A stretch of DNA of 63,301 nt, counting the filler, from Choristocarpus tenellus KU-1152 (lineage: Eukaryota > Protista > Phaeophyceae), in NCBI GenBank assembly GCA_964200185.2. It is 6 parts of 6 records of this genome, joined end to end, with 100 filler letters (N's around TTAATTAATTAA, not from the genome) between each part and the next. Parts side by side here need not be neighbours in the genome. Positions count along the whole stretch, not along the records: positions 16,943 to 37,548 come from CAXNAD020000386.1; positions 37,649 to 51,681 come from CAXNAD020001295.1; 4 more parts are not named here. One strand, written 5' to 3'. This document shows, piece after piece, positions 26,201 to 40,609 of the stretch (the first letter of the stretch is position 1; every line of letters starts with the position of its first letter). The notes below the pieces were generated by a model. That model was not told where the DNA came from, searched no databases, and saw nothing but the letters and a program-made list of their open reading frames with translations. Made by a program: the position numbers and the translations under genes.

Positions 26201-29200
26201 TCTGATGCGTTAGCATTGTAGCCAAAGTCTGGGATCTTGCTTGCCCCCATGAAACATCCATCAATTACACCGCTTGAAATTGTGGATGTCACACGCTGAA
26301 CACCCTTTTCACAATAGTCGTCGGAAACTTGTAGGGAGACTGTAGCTCCCTTGCCTAAAAGTCCTTCACATCCCACAGTAACGTTTCTTCTTGTCTGATT
26401 AGGATAATTCCAATCCGAAAATGTGATTACCCACGAGTTTAGGCCATTGAGATTGGAGCTATCAGCTGATACTGCAATGTTTCCGGCTGAGGATATGTTT
26501 GAAATAGCTTCTAAGACATCTTTCTCATCTGCATCGTATGCAATCTGTTGGCTTGCCTCCTCATCAATTGTGATATACCATGTACCACCAAGTGGGGTCC
26601 CCAGGCCAGATGTCAACTTTGATACTGTTAATGAAGCATCACCAGTGTGTGCTGACTTAAGCATTGAGCCTGACATGTCTAGACTCTCAGGATACTGAAC
26701 TCCTGGCAGCTCCACTTCTCCGCAACATGCCTTGAGGAGAAGCTGTGGTCCTACCAAACCAGAAAAGGTTATGTCCCAATAGAACGTCTGTACTATCAGA
26801 TTATTAACCAATTGAGAGGATCCATACCAAAGACTTGAAGCAAGATCAGCTGAATAGTACTGGGCTCCGGTTGGTCCAACCCGGGTGACGCTCACATTGC
26901 CAAGACCATGCAGGCTGGAAAGGGCTTCGCGCACCTGTGGTTTGCATTATTTAGAGAAGGAACACCATGGAGTATTTCCAAAGCACTGTTGGCTCTACTT
27001 TGTTGTCCAAGTAATTTATCTGATCAGTGACAGATGTTTGCAGGGAACACTTGCAGAATTTCCAAAGGTTACATTTTTCTTTTAATATTTTTCATCCCTC
27101 ACTGCACCTTGCCCATGCAACACATCTAAATCTCACTACGAAGCACTGAAATACTTTTGTGCATGCACTCTGCTGACTTGGAAACCGACTAGTATATTCT
27201 CACCATAAATTCCAAATCTATACAAAATTGCAATCGCATAGACGGTTCTATGTTCTTCATGACAAAGGTAATATACCATCGTATGGTACTGAGTCAAAGT
27301 AAACAAGAAGTACCTAGAGTTACATTCATATGCAAAATTCGAATTTTGACTCACTGTACCTGGCAAACATAACTGCATGATTATGAAAAATATTATTTAA
27401 TTTCTCTATTTCCGTACACTTTCTCCATAGCATGTGCCACACAGGAACAAGAGAAACATACCACACTGTGTCAATCATTTCCCACAACCCAGCAACAGAT
27501 GATATACTTGGATCCTGGAGTCATTATCATTACAAGTTGAAGTTTGAACAACTCGAGTTATGTACCATTTCAGCTGTGGCATTGTACTGAAGTGGTGCTG
27601 TCCACTCATCCCAAAATCCTAGGGAGAAACCCCCTGATATAAAAGAGCTAGCAGTAGTGGCCACTCGCTGAACCTCTGGGGAAGAAGCAGACTGTATTTC
27701 AAATGTTTGCCCAACTGCACCATCCCCTGTAAGTGCTGATGAGTCAACTGATATGTCCGGAACATCTCCAGTAGCAAGTGGAAAGAAAATTATCCAGGTA
27801 TAGCCACCGACAGTACTGGCATTCATGCGAAAGACCTCAATATCTGTTCAGGAACAGGTGCAAGTTAATCAACACAAATTTTGCGAGCACTAGTGAGTTC
27901 TATGATGAAGACCCTAGCTACATAACACACAAATTAAACTGACGTACTTGCTTCTCTCACAGGATGGTGAGCAATCCTGTTTTCCTTAATCCTTTTTTGG
28001 TTTTCCAAAATATCCTGTGCCATGTGCTGACACTAACCTTCAGAGTCGTAAGGTGAACCTAAGGCCTCAATGGCTAGCTCAACTTCAGCTTGATCAGAAT
28101 CCCATGCCAGCAGGTCACTTCTGTTGAAATCATTGAATATTCGAAAGAAGCCTCCTATAGAATTCCCCTTTGCATCTTCAGAAACAGTTGCCCTTGTCCC
28201 AGTACCACCAATGTTGGTTGAATCGATTGACATGAGATCATAGTCGCCATACGGATCCTTGAAGGTTACCATCCAAAGAGATCCCCCGTTGAGTAGTTGG
28301 AAGCGCGACACATCTATCTCCTTAACACCATCGAGTGCCTCCAGGGCAAACTCAACCTTTGAGGATCATGCAGCAGAAGATGTTGTCACAATGGTATACT
28401 GAGAAGTGCATTAAATATTCCAAACAAAGTGCTTGATAAATTACCTCAAAAATACTGCGGTGTACAAGGACCTCATCTCTCACTCACCTCTGCAGCTGAA
28501 GCACTACATGGCAGAATTGATGTACTTCCATTGGAACCAAGTTTAAGGCTGAAGTTGCCGCTGACTGGAGTAGAAGTTCCAGGGCGTATCTCACTAACAC
28601 TGACTAACTCACTACCCCACAAGTTTTCCTCCACCTTTAGCAAGGGGAGATCCCCAGCATTATTGAGAAAAGTCACAAACCACTCTGGGCCAATTGATTG
28701 ATTGACACTAGAGCTCCGGGAAACCTCAACATCACCGATTTCTTCAAGAGCCTCCAGTGCAAGGCGCACCTGTGAATGATTTTTTATTAATGAGTTTAGA
28801 ATTGCTGCTTTAATCGATGATTGGTCCAGAGAGTGAGTACACCCGGATGTAGGAGTCCCTCAGGTGGAATGATATCGAGCCTCACTATGTCCAACTGTGA
28901 AAATAAAATAAAATAAAATGAAAATAAAATGAAAATAAAATAACAAAAAACGTTCGACCCTCCAAAACCATTGTAATGTACTCTGGGGTAAGAGTGTTAG
29001 CTGTACAAGCACCCACACTTTCTTTAGTTTCCTTATATTGTGACAGTAGATATTATACGGGGTATGATGCAGCCTGACATGCTGGGAGGCCTGTAAGTGC
29101 TTCTACATTCCCATCATACTTTCTATATTCTGTACTAGATGCTTGGTGCTACCACATCAGAATTCCTTTGTTCAATAGTTGTCTGACCAACCAATAGATC

Positions 29201-32200
29201 TAACCTCAACAGCTGTAGCATTGTGCAAGATTTCAGTGGTGGTCTCTCCATGAAAAAACAATGTGAAATCTCCGCCTGAAGCAGCACCATCGAGCCAGAT
29301 ACGTTGGATCTCCTGGAGAATACAAGATAAGTTAGCAATGTGATGTGAGTGTAACAACCATAAATGTGGTAAAGATGCTTCCTTCCCACACATTGACTGT
29401 GAAAATAATATTTTTGTGGTTGTTTAGGGGATAATTGAGCATGCTGTGGTTGTATGCTGAAGTACATTCTACCGCAGCTTCTAGTGCAGATGGTTGATAT
29501 AATTCCCTTCATACCGGTGTCATTCCATTACATAATATTTTCCACTCTATCAAAAAAGATCCCTGCCCGATTAGCTATGTTTTGTCATGAAGTATGAGTC
29601 CCACCCAGGTGGGGTGATTCTAAAGCCTTGCCAACAATAATACTAACTTTTCTATCCACACACAATCCTCATGGTGACTTGGGTGTTTGAAAATATCCAC
29701 CACAACTCTGAAGATTTGAATCATCATGTCGTTTCCCATCATGCAGGTTTTTTCTTCACAACCTAGACCAATAAACCCAATAAACCCAACCATATATATA
29801 TAAATATATAACTTTGACTGTTTCATGAGTAAAGTCCTCCCGCTTCAAAGTAATGAACCTTCTCTGGATATCCGTTTGGGATGTTGTTTGGCAAAGAAAT
29901 GCAATTGCCTTTGTTTGAACCCTAAAGAGTACATATTGCTTGGAAGGACTTCTATTTTGCACAAGGTAGAACAATAACATTACGTCATCATTCTGGCAGA
30001 CATCTCAACTGACTCCAAACACCCTACCATGGGTAGCTTGGATGATTTTCGCACCTGAACGGTTCCCTTTGTTTCTTCTGATACTGCTACTGAAATTTTT
30101 CCTGTCGTGTTGGTTGCGTATCCCTTCATCATGTCTACATTACCAAGATCACCAGGAAAGATTACAAGCCAACTTCGATCGTCATCATCAAAGTCCAGTT
30201 TGACTTGTGCAGTTCCATTTGTCCATGTTGAAAGTGCTGTAAAGTTTGCACTGATGGCAGCAAGGAGAACCGCAGGACTGGCAGAGAATGGAATTTCAGC
30301 AATATCGCCATTGAGCTCAAGCTTGAAGGTGCTTGAATCTTCGTCATTCCCCTGCAGTATCGAGCAAGATGCAGCAAGGTAACACCACAGGAACGCTGGT
30401 ATTTTGATAATATCAATGCAGTCGTTGATTCTTCTTCTAAGACTGATAGTATTGCAGGTTGCAATGTCAGAACCTTGACATATTGATCAAATTGTCCAAG
30501 CAAGTATGATGAATGCTAAATCTTTAGCACATCTTCACTCATTGGGTTGCACAGACTTGAAGATTTTGTCATCTTTCATTCCAGCATAATTTGTCACACT
30601 GGTCATGCATCACCTGGCCACTCTACCCTTCCCAATCCTCCATGCTGCTCTTCATTTTTTTTAATGATGGAAGTGTAGATAATTCAACCTTCCAACCACT
30701 GTCTCCTAGCACTTGCCACTAAACAACTCCTTCACTCTAATTGCAAAGGAAAGGATACACTTTGGTTCATGCTTCACTCCATGATTGAAATATGTGAATT
30801 ACGAAATTGATATTATATGCTCTAGGGCACTATGGTTGCAGACTCTTATCTTTGCAGAAGTATGATATACAAACAACCTGCAAGGCAGACCTCACCGTTA
30901 CAGTTACCCGCTGAACCTCTGAAATGGTACCTCCAATCCCTGGCGTCAGAGTGTCAAATGCCTTGATTGCCACTGTTTGCACCTGAAATGAGAAAAAAAG
31001 ATGTGATCATTCATAAGCATAAAAATCCTCTCACCAGAGAGTGGTAGGAACAGAGTTGTTTCTGCCTTATTGCAGGGATCACCGAGCCAAGAGATTGGCA
31101 TGTATGTTATTTTCTCTTTAGTGGAGTCCCTCAAATTCGAAGCAGTTAACATGAAACAGATGTGGATCTTGAATACTGTTCTTGTTCAATGTGTGCCAAT
31201 AATTGACCTACAACAACTAGCCAGTAGCACACCTCTTTACGATATGTTGCATTCAGACGTAACTCCTGAATTTCGCCTTCAGCAGGTTCCATAGTGAGCG
31301 ATAGTTTTACCTCCACTGGCACCAAGAGATTCTATGTATTCAAGAGGGGAAACAGGAAAAATAGAAAGCATAGAAGGACAATTCAAGGAGATTGTGGAAT
31401 TGACAACACACTGTGCGCAGTAGAGGATAATTGAATGACATTGTTTGGCACTTGGAACCACATTGTTTGGCACTTGGAGCAACATTGTTGGAGGATCAGT
31501 CAGCAAGATGGAGTGGTGGATGATGCATGTACCTGAGACACAGTCACTGTCTGGATTTCATCAACATCATCCCATGCAACCGTTACAGCTTGCACTTCTG
31601 GATAGACAGGATCACTTGATACATTGACATTATAAATTTCCTTTGATGATTGAGCCACAGATGTTGTCACAGTCTGCACCTCAGGAGCCCATGCTAATCC
31701 CCAAACCTGACAGAGGTTAATGAATAATGATGTGAAGTTCTTCAATAAATATGCTTTAAAATACTTGGAGTAGAGAGCAGTGTTTGGAATTTAAATTAGT
31801 TGCAAAATGAAAATATCTACAGAAGGATGGTTTGGTTTATGTGTGGCTGATAGTTGGGTACCATCTCCAGCAATTACGGAGCTGGTGACCTTGCCTTCAT
31901 ATGTAGCAGTATTGAACCTCTAATTCATCACTTTTCACCTCAATTTCCTGCTCCTCTGGCCGAGATGGAAGCTGTGGTGTTTGACATGAGACTAACCCTG
32001 AAGAATGATATTCGGCCACCACCTCAATGTCTCCAAAGCGACAACGCAATAGGTCATCCTTCTCCCTTCCACGGTGGAATGGTCCACCTTCCACTCTTAC
32101 GATTGTTCCTCCACTAACTGGCCCCCATGCAGGCTCAATACTAGCAACAGTTGCATCACGCTCATAAGAGTATTGCACACCCGAATTTGTAAAGTCATTC

Positions 32201-35200
32201 CCTCCGTTGACTGATATCTCAACAGAAACAGAACATGGAGCACCTCCATCTACCGTTGGCGCTATGCACTTCACATGATCCAATCCAACTTCAGACGCAA
32301 AAATGGCTGGCCCACCACCAAACAAGCAGAGAGCAGATAATTTTTCCTCAGCTGATGTCCAATTTTGCAGTACTGTCTCCATTTGTTGTCCAGATATGGT
32401 GACCAGAGTTCCGCCTGAGACAGGTCCACTACGTGGGGAGATGTCAAGCTCACCCAAACCCGGATAATATACAAATGGGAGGAAGGTCTCGCTGAACTCT
32501 TGACCATTGTTGGAAACACGAATGTGGACGGTACCCCCTTTTGGTGTTGATGCTGGGGCTATGCATTGAATTGAAGTGTTAGATATTACAATGGCAGAGG
32601 TAGCCGTTTCATTGAAGACACACTGAGCATGTCTATTGAGAAAATCAAACACAAAGTGATCTATGGTGGAGTTAGTAAATGTCGTGGCGTTGGACGACAT
32701 GTTGGTAGGATTTCCCACATAGGACGGATCAAGGGTGACAGTGACAAGAGTACCACCAATTGAAGGTCCACTCAAAGGCTCAAGGCTTCCTAGCACAATT
32801 GGGGGGTGGTACTGGAATAGAACCTCATCACCATTTCCAGAAGCAACACGTTCCATACCACTTGTCCACTCCACCCCACTGTTGATGCTCACAGCAAAAG
32901 GCACATATGGCCCATAGCCAGGAACAAGGTCACTTGCCACACCTAGAGCACTTGTGCCAGTGAGGTTTTGTCCATCAACGACAAGGGCCTGTGTAATGTT
33001 CCCCAACAAAAATGTTGGGACCAATGACAGGTTGAATGGGGTCATTACAAGCACATATCTTTATCCTCTGTTGAGTAGAAGAGCCAAATCTGCTAGAACA
33101 TTTTATATGGATTCAGAAGTTACTACTCAGCAGGGAAACATAAGGTATACAATCTAGGTTGGTGTCTAGGTGCGACAAAAAATCCAATGAGGGACTCTCT
33201 GATAGTAGCATAAAACTGAATCTTGGAGAGGATTAGTCATCTAAAAGAGTATAGAAGATCAGATGTACGAATTCCACAACTCCAAAAATATTTTGCATGC
33301 AAGGTGTTTCATAATTCAAGGACAAAGCATATTTATGTTTGGTTGTGCTCTACTGTGTCTGTAAAGGTTGGAAGGTTGGAAAAAATTTTAAGTTTAAAAT
33401 TGGTGGGGCAGATTGAACTCATCACACTTAGTGCTGAGACAGTAACCATCGAATGCATCATTGTGTCCCCATAGCTGCCTTTCTCAGCACAATACCTCTT
33501 TCAATCATTTAAAAGTGATGTGCACTCAGCACACGATGGGCTAGCTACAGAAGAGTTGAGATTTTTCCTGAAGAACAATCTTCTACACATCTATTGAACC
33601 ATTGATCTTGTAACATCTGATTTTGAAGTTCTACAGAATACCGAGGTCATATATCCTGAGGTCTTCACCATCTCTATCCTGGTGCAGCATTTGAATTCCA
33701 AACTCGACATAAACAACTTTGAGGAAAAAAATGATTGGATGGAGAAAGGCATATGCAGAGCAAAGTGCAAAGCTACAGGTAATGGTATCATCACTATTGA
33801 CACTAGACAGATATAGAGTTTTGAGCCCCCTGAACCTGCACCTCTTTGTTCCAAAGTGCTAGAAATCTTTATAAGCCTGGCTTGACTCCAGATCAACGAT
33901 ATGATTGTCCTCCTTGCATAGATGCAGTGTAAAGGATATCCAGTCATGATGTACAATTATATCAATTTGTTCTAATACATTGTGGCACACAGAATTAGAA
34001 ATCAAATGAAGAATTCGATAAGATGTGGCCTACAGCCTGAAGCCATATGACCTGGATGTAACATCTAGCTCTCCTACTTCAATGAACAAATTTTGCACGA
34101 GATATGAAGCAAATGTTGCCATCAGGTAGAGGTTCTGAAATGAATTTAGGAATCTTTTGATATTGGTTCTTGACAGAAATATGGAATCTTTATCCTCTGT
34201 TTAACCCTATATTGATTCCAGATGTGCATGCTTGGCCCTGGATAAAGATTTCAGTCTGTTTCGCTGGCTCTTTCTTGAATTTTCCAATAAATATAATAAA
34301 TATTATAACCAATAACCACACCCGCACTACCTCTGTAAAACACATTAACCAGATATCTCTACTCACCTCAACTTGTCCAACATGAGCAGGCACACCCTGT
34401 GTTGTGAACTTTACTGTCCACTGCAGTCCAGCTCGACCCATTGTGGGGGCATTGTAACCTGCTGAAGATACATTAACATCTCCAATACTATCCAAGACCT
34501 GAAAGCAAACAGCAAGTTTCACCTTGTTGCTGGAAATCTAATATGTTCTTATGGGATTTGATTGACAGGTAACTTAGGGTTAGGGTTAAACAGTTGGCAA
34601 CGGAGGCATACATCAGAAGGATTGTTCTCTCACCTCTAGGGCTGCCTCAATCTCAGCCGCACTAGCATTGAAGGGGAGATATGAGGTTCTTTCATGTCCA
34701 AACCAAAGTGAAAAAGTTCCAGAAAGTTGGCTAAATGTTCCATTTGATAGCATCTTGGTTTCAATCAAAGCTCCTGGTGGACCCCTAAGATCATTGTTAT
34801 AGACCTGAAATACGATTGGAGATTGACGGTTGACTCAACTTCAGCAGACAGTCTCAATTTGAAATTCAACACAGATTATGGATAGATCTCATTATTGTTG
34901 CATGTGTTGTATATACTATTCCAAGGAATATATGCTAGTACAATATAACACATACTGAGCATAAGAAGGGGCAGCCAGCGATGTGCATTGATTTCTACTG
35001 AGCTACCGCTTCCCACTAACACAATTTCAGGTCACCACCAGCTTCATAGATCTTTTGGTTGAGCAGCCAGTCGTTGTATGAGAGCTTTAGCAATACAATG
35101 AGACATGTTTAACATAGTATGCTGACAATGACTTTGTCCTCTCCTCTCTCTCTGTTGCGTGTCTATTTTTCTATCATGTATTCAGCGCCTATATTCATCA

Positions 35201-36708
35201 TAGCCAGTTTTATAAGTACTTCAATTGAGGTACAGAGTTCTTCAAAGAACACAATACTGCATAGTATCACATGTGGCTCTGCAATTGCTTTGCCCTTCTT
35301 CCTCACAACCTTGTACCCTTTATCATCTACTTTTTTCTACTTACCCAAAGATTTGGCACTTGCACATCTGCAGGAGAAAACTCAAGCTGCCAAAGGAACA
35401 TATCACCAACGGAGTGTTGATGCTCTGCCCTTTCCACTGTAACAAATCCGTCTATCACTCCAAGACCATTGACAGCCTCTGCCACTTCACCCGCTGTTGC
35501 ATTGTAGGGCAGTGGAGATGTGGTATTGCTGCCTATGACAATTGTAAACACCCCTCCAACTGGACTTGTTCCATTGGAAGTCTGCAAAGAGTTGATTGGG
35601 GTATGAGGTATATGGAATTGGAGTTGTCTCTTAGAGCCAAAGTATCTTAGAGGGTAGAGCCGCGTCCATTTGGGGGCCAAAATCCAATGTTGCGATTTCG
35701 ATATAAATTTGGCTATTTTGTTTGTTAGGAAGTGTCAATATCCTTGTTCCGAAGACATCTTTTCATAACGTATACATTTTACCTACTCTGAGATATTTTG
35801 GAGTAGAAAAATGCCATAAAAACCTACAGAAACCAAGCCCCTAATGGACAAACAGGGCAAAACTCGTACCCTCTAAGATACTTTCACTCTTAGCCATTGA
35901 CATAGGGAAATTCATAGGCTGTTCCTTCAGACATCATGCATGCCAATAATACTGTGCCTTCATGTTGCACAGAAATTCAATACCTACACAATCTCTGACC
36001 TTGTGTGGAGGGGAAAAACAGAAAGTACTCATTCTCAAAATGAAATGTGGAGAATATATTTTGTGCATTTTGAACTAATCTGGTAATTTTGCACTGAAGC
36101 AAAACCCCACGCACCTCATTCACATGTGCCACAATTTCAGTTGTGTCACCTCCAGTTAGGTTTGAACCATTTATTTGCAATACTGGGACATCTCCACTGC
36201 CGTCTGCCCAGATTACAGTGAAGACCCTACCACGATAACCTTCATCAAGCAGTGAAGCCTCTACACTTACATCATCAATGCCATCCAGAGCTTCAAGAAC
36301 AGCCTCAAACTCCCATGCAGACATGTCATGTGCCAGGGGTCCAGTGTGGTCATTCCCAAACATAATTTCAAACGTTCCACCAATAGATTCTGTGCCGTTG
36401 ACCTCAGTTTCCACCTGTAGCACCACTTCCCCTGTGCTTGAGGTCATGGAAAGGGAAGAGTTGTCTACCATCATCTCCGGGTGATTACCTAAAAGGTCGT
36501 CAAATGTGACAGACCATATGTAACCGTGCATTCCTGTGTACCCACGGGTGACTGTAACTTGACCAATGGACGACCCCAGGGACTGCACTGCTGCACATAC
36601 TGCAGGGGCTGATGAGTCATGTGCTAGTAGTACCGATCCAATGCTCGGGTAGGTAAGTGTGAAACTACCTGAGAGACGAACATTTGATGCTAAAGTAACA
36701 ATTTGGAC
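17226..36708 (-). CDS. Giant secreted/surface protein: ~100-aa beta-rich repeats, multiple IPT/TIG domains, C-terminal Cys-rich (GCC2/GCC3, ephrin-receptor-like) repeats; partial
   Basis: More than 20 exons, e.g. 36708-36115, 35581-35345, 32988-~31920, 26934-~25935, 25441-~23386, 22552-~22033, ~21290-20970. Recurrent EVQxV..GGxFxL..TxxIxYNAxAxxVxxALExL..W.VTF..GD repeats, IPT motifs (P.SGP..GGT.V.I.G..F..CxFG..VEVSxNGQDF), then CPGGSYCPG, CLPGRVCD, CPPSTYCHPGT. Confidence 0.8.
35634..35889. mobile_element. MITE family A copy 2 (inverted, intronic)
   Basis: GAGCCAAAGTATCTTAGAGGGTA...TACCCTCTAAGATACTTTCACTC with TSD TTA. Confidence 0.88.
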
Positions 36709-37459
36709 CTGACAATAGAACAACACAAGGAAGACTTGTAAGCTGCAGTATACCACATTCTTCATTTAGTAGGGAAGGAATTGGAATTGGCACAAAAGTA
36801 TCATTTTCTGATATGTTCACATTCCAGGGAGGTGACATTTGGAAAAACTAGTATTAGAAGTACAGGTCACAATCCGGATCATCACTGCGAGAAACTATTC
36901 TATACACCACATATTTGTTCATAAGCTTGCATCTGTATCTGTACTGTTCTATGTTTCATAAAAGCAACAACATTGGCCCCTTATGAAAGAACTGTACTTA
37001 AATACTAGTATTTTTTTTATTCTGAAGTACCGTCTCACAATTTTAGTATCAAATAATGTCCATCTCAACCTTAATGCTGGATCTGGAGAAATATTTCTTT
37101 CCACTTCTAAGAAGTGTTTGGTTCTATAGATACCTTAGCAGGGCGATTATTGTGCTGGATGGAGGATAGTTACTGCAGATTAGATGTAGGGGTTCGACAA
37201 GTCAGAGTACCTTGCAGATTCAGTCAATCCCAGCGACAAAATGTAATTATCCCGTCACCCTATGCGCGCTAGTGTAGAGTCCACACATTGTGCCGGTCAA
37301 TCAGTTGAAAAGTCACTTTCTCCAAGTGGAATGAAACTAGGACGAGTCCTCTGGCATGTTGCAAATGGTACTTTAGGTGAAACAACTGGAGGTTGATGAA
37401 AGGCTAGAAGTAACTCTCAGAGACTAAGAAGACAGCTTGTAGAAATAAGCTGAAGTATT

Positions 37460-37548
37460 GGCTCAAAGTATCTGGGAGGGGGTAGAGGCTGTCCATTTGG
37501 GGTTAATTTTTTCATGTCACGATTTTAGGGTGATTTGGTTGCATACGT
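37460..37548. mobile_element. MITE family B, partial (left end)
   Basis: GGCTCAAAGTATCTGGGAGGGGGTAG..., collinear with the 52416 copy. Runs into the gap. Confidence 0.78.
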
Positions 37549-37648
37549 NNNNNNNNNNNNNNNNNNNNNNNNNNNNNNNNNNNNNNNNNNNNTTAATTAA
37601 TTAANNNNNNNNNNNNNNNNNNNNNNNNNNNNNNNNNNNNNNNNNNNN
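37549..37648. other. Artificial contig spacer
   Basis: N-TTAATTAATTAA-N. Confidence 0.97.
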
Positions 37649-37697
37649 TATGTATGTATGTATGTATGTATGTATGTATGTATATATGTATATATGT
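37649..37697. repeat. (TATG)n microsatellite
   Basis: Tandem TATG next to the gap. Confidence 0.9.
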
Positions 37698-37849
37698 ACA
37701 GCATAGCGGAAGTGCTTTATCTTCAAGTGGCACCTTTCACAGATGCTACTGAAGAGTTGCTTCAATCCGCTCACCTCCCTACTGCTGCTGTGGTAAGGGC
37801 ACAAATGTTCTAGGAGGAAGGGCACAGTGATATGTGAGAGATGACTGCA

Positions 37850-40609
37850 CCTCTTCACCACTGAGGCACGACTCCTCGCCAAACAGCCTCGCATGAGTGT
37901 TTGCATGCACACAGCGGCCCTTATCCTCTTGTTTGCCACTTCCCTCAATGCCAGGAGCTCCTTCGCATCAGGTCGCGGCTGCACCCACATTGTACATGAA
38001 ATTGTAGGGATGCCACACAGAGTGAGTGCTAAATTAGTGGAGGAGAGACAATGGCTCTTCTTGGAATTATTTTTGAGTACGTACACTGTATATTTGGCCC
38101 TGAGCAAATTGCATGACAACAAAGCACGTACTCAGAGGAAAATACGCTTTGGTTCAATGTGTCTCTCGCCTTCAAGGGTTCATTGCTTTGCTCAAAAAGG
38201 AGTCCTCAACCTCCCCACCCCCCACCCTTCTCCTTGAGTATCTGGTTTTCAACACCCAACAGACCTGGAATCCGAAATATGAGTGTGCAGGCTCGGAGAA
38301 CACCGTTTGGAAACACAGCTCCATAATAAATTTCCTGCTGATATGGGGACAGTCAGTGACATTCAGGCTAGAGAGCGCTGTGCAGTTATGAGCAATCTGC
38401 GATATTCCAGCCTCCGTGACATTCTGGCACCCCCCAAGGTTGAGAAAATGAGCGTTCATTTTCGTCAGTGCTTGAAGGCCAGAGTCATCAACCCGCTCAC
38501 AGCCTCCAATGTCCAGCTCAGTGAGGTTCTTGAGGCCACCAGCGAGTGCTGAAAGACCATGGGCGTTGACCTAGGTTCCCAATGTTTTGTTGTGGGGATA
38601 TTGAGCTGTTTCAATCCTTGGTTACAAGGGTCGTACTGGTGTGAAATGAGAAGAGGCAAGTTGGATTGTCGAGGAGGGAGAATGGGAAGTGGCAATAGGT
38701 GAGGAGAGCCAAACCAATTGAGAGGTACGCAGGTTTAGACCCCTTTGCATTCTATGCCACCTTTCTTACCCTGGGAAATACACTCTACTTTCATTTTTTT
38801 TGTGCGCAAAATAGTGTATGTAAGATTGTTATTCTTCCTTTCCGCCCACAAAGCGACACCACAAGTTGGCTGAGGTTCTTTCTACAATTGAACAAAATTG
38901 TCTTTTTTCTTTTTCCTGGGAACATTAAAAATAATAATAATACAATAATAATTATAATAATAATACAACAATGCCTACCTCTCAATTGGTTCGGCCCAGA
39001 AGAGAACAACATTGAGCCCAAATACAATCAAACGATATGGCAAAAGGAAGAGTCACTTGGATGTGCTATGCCTGCCTTGTACTCCAAGTTGATAAAAAAA
39101 AATTGCCTGTAAGGCATCCTGTAAATTTCCTAAATGATTGAAAAACACAATTTTCAACGCAAAGATCTCCCCCTAGCTTGTTCATCTGTCAACTTCCGTT
39201 CAGGGTTACCTGGGCGCACTTGGCGATGTTCAAATGTTTCAGCCTTATGCATCCCTTGGCAATCTCGGCGAGATCTTTATTGGAAATTTTTCCACAGCCT
39301 GAGAGACTGAGCTCAGTGAGACCACTGCAGCTATGGGCTAGGGCACGAACACTCTTCCCAGTCAATTCCCCACAGCCTGTAAGCATAAGTTTCTCTAGCT
39401 TAGGGCACCCATGAGCAACGGAGAGGAGGCCTGGGTCTTGAGTATGTGAACATCCAAATGCATTTAAATGTCGCAGCTCATGACAGCTACGACCCAGTTG
39501 AATAAGGGCGCGGTCCCCATATTCCCCAACTTTGTCACACTGGTTGATGTTGAGGTAGGTGAGACTGGTGCATAGCTTGGCCAGCTCAGCAACCCCGGTA
39601 TCACTTATATGATTGCATTGTTCCAATGAGAGAGAGCGCAAACTCCAACAGCCACCGGCAAGTACCCGGAGCCCCAGGTCAGTAAGGTTTGTGCAACCTG
39701 TAAAGTCTAACTTTTGAAGGTGCTCACCACGGAGAGCAAGAGAGCGAAGGCCCACATTTGTGATACTGTGACATCCGCTCATGTTCAACTCGCGCAGAGA
39801 AATTGTGTGCCGGGCCAAACACCAAAGGCCTACATCAGTGACTTCACGACAGTCCCGGAGGCTGAGTCCAATCATGTCTGGACGAAGCTTGCAGACCTCT
39901 TGAACCACTGCATCCGTAACAGACCGTCCCGTCTCTGTCTGATGAGCATTCAGATCCTGGGCAAGGCCATGATCTAGGGGTGAGGGGGACCTACTGAGAT
40001 ACTTGGACTCATACACATGTTGTATGTCTCCGTAAGTATCACTCCTTTCGCTTATAACCTTCTCTATAGTACTGACTAGGTTGTGCTTTGAGTATGCTCA
40101 CCTTTTTTGGAGATACCAGATTATCAAGACTTCGCGTGAAGGGGGAGATTGAAATCGACACGTTAGAAAAGGAGGAGGGTGCCACGCACCAAACGCTTCT
40201 TGATAGAGCAGTCCCTCTCCTCCAAGAAGCTAAGCAGCAGGGAGCGCACTGCACGCACTTGCTGGCGGTCTTCTTCTATCACTTGAGCCGCCTTGGTGAG
40301 ATTTTTTTTTGGCAGGCCAATGCCTCCAGCAATCCCAAGAATTTTAGATGGTGCCGCGGGGTTAACATCTGCCTCACCTTCTGATACCCTCGTTGATAGG
40401 AGTGGAAGCTGGAAGACCTCGAAAGATAAACGCTTCGGTGGAGGAGGGGTACTCGGTCGGGTGAGGCTGAGATGTATACTCGCTGATGGCTCAGCTGATG
40501 ACCTTCGCGGACGCTTGCGTGCCCCACTTTTTCTCTCAGTTAGATACGGCGAAACAAGTGTCTCTTGGAGATCATTGCTCTCCAGCGACCTAAGGCTTGC
40601 CACCGTCAT
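37850..40609 (-). CDS. Cys-containing LRR protein (FBXL/AMN1-type repeats) with IQ-like motif; partial at 3' end
   Basis: About 12 LxxLxLxxCxxVTDxGL repeats (39975-39210, ~38570-38265). The exon near 37979-37850 has AAVCMQTLMRGCLAR (IQ motif). No F-box recognised. Confidence 0.8.
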
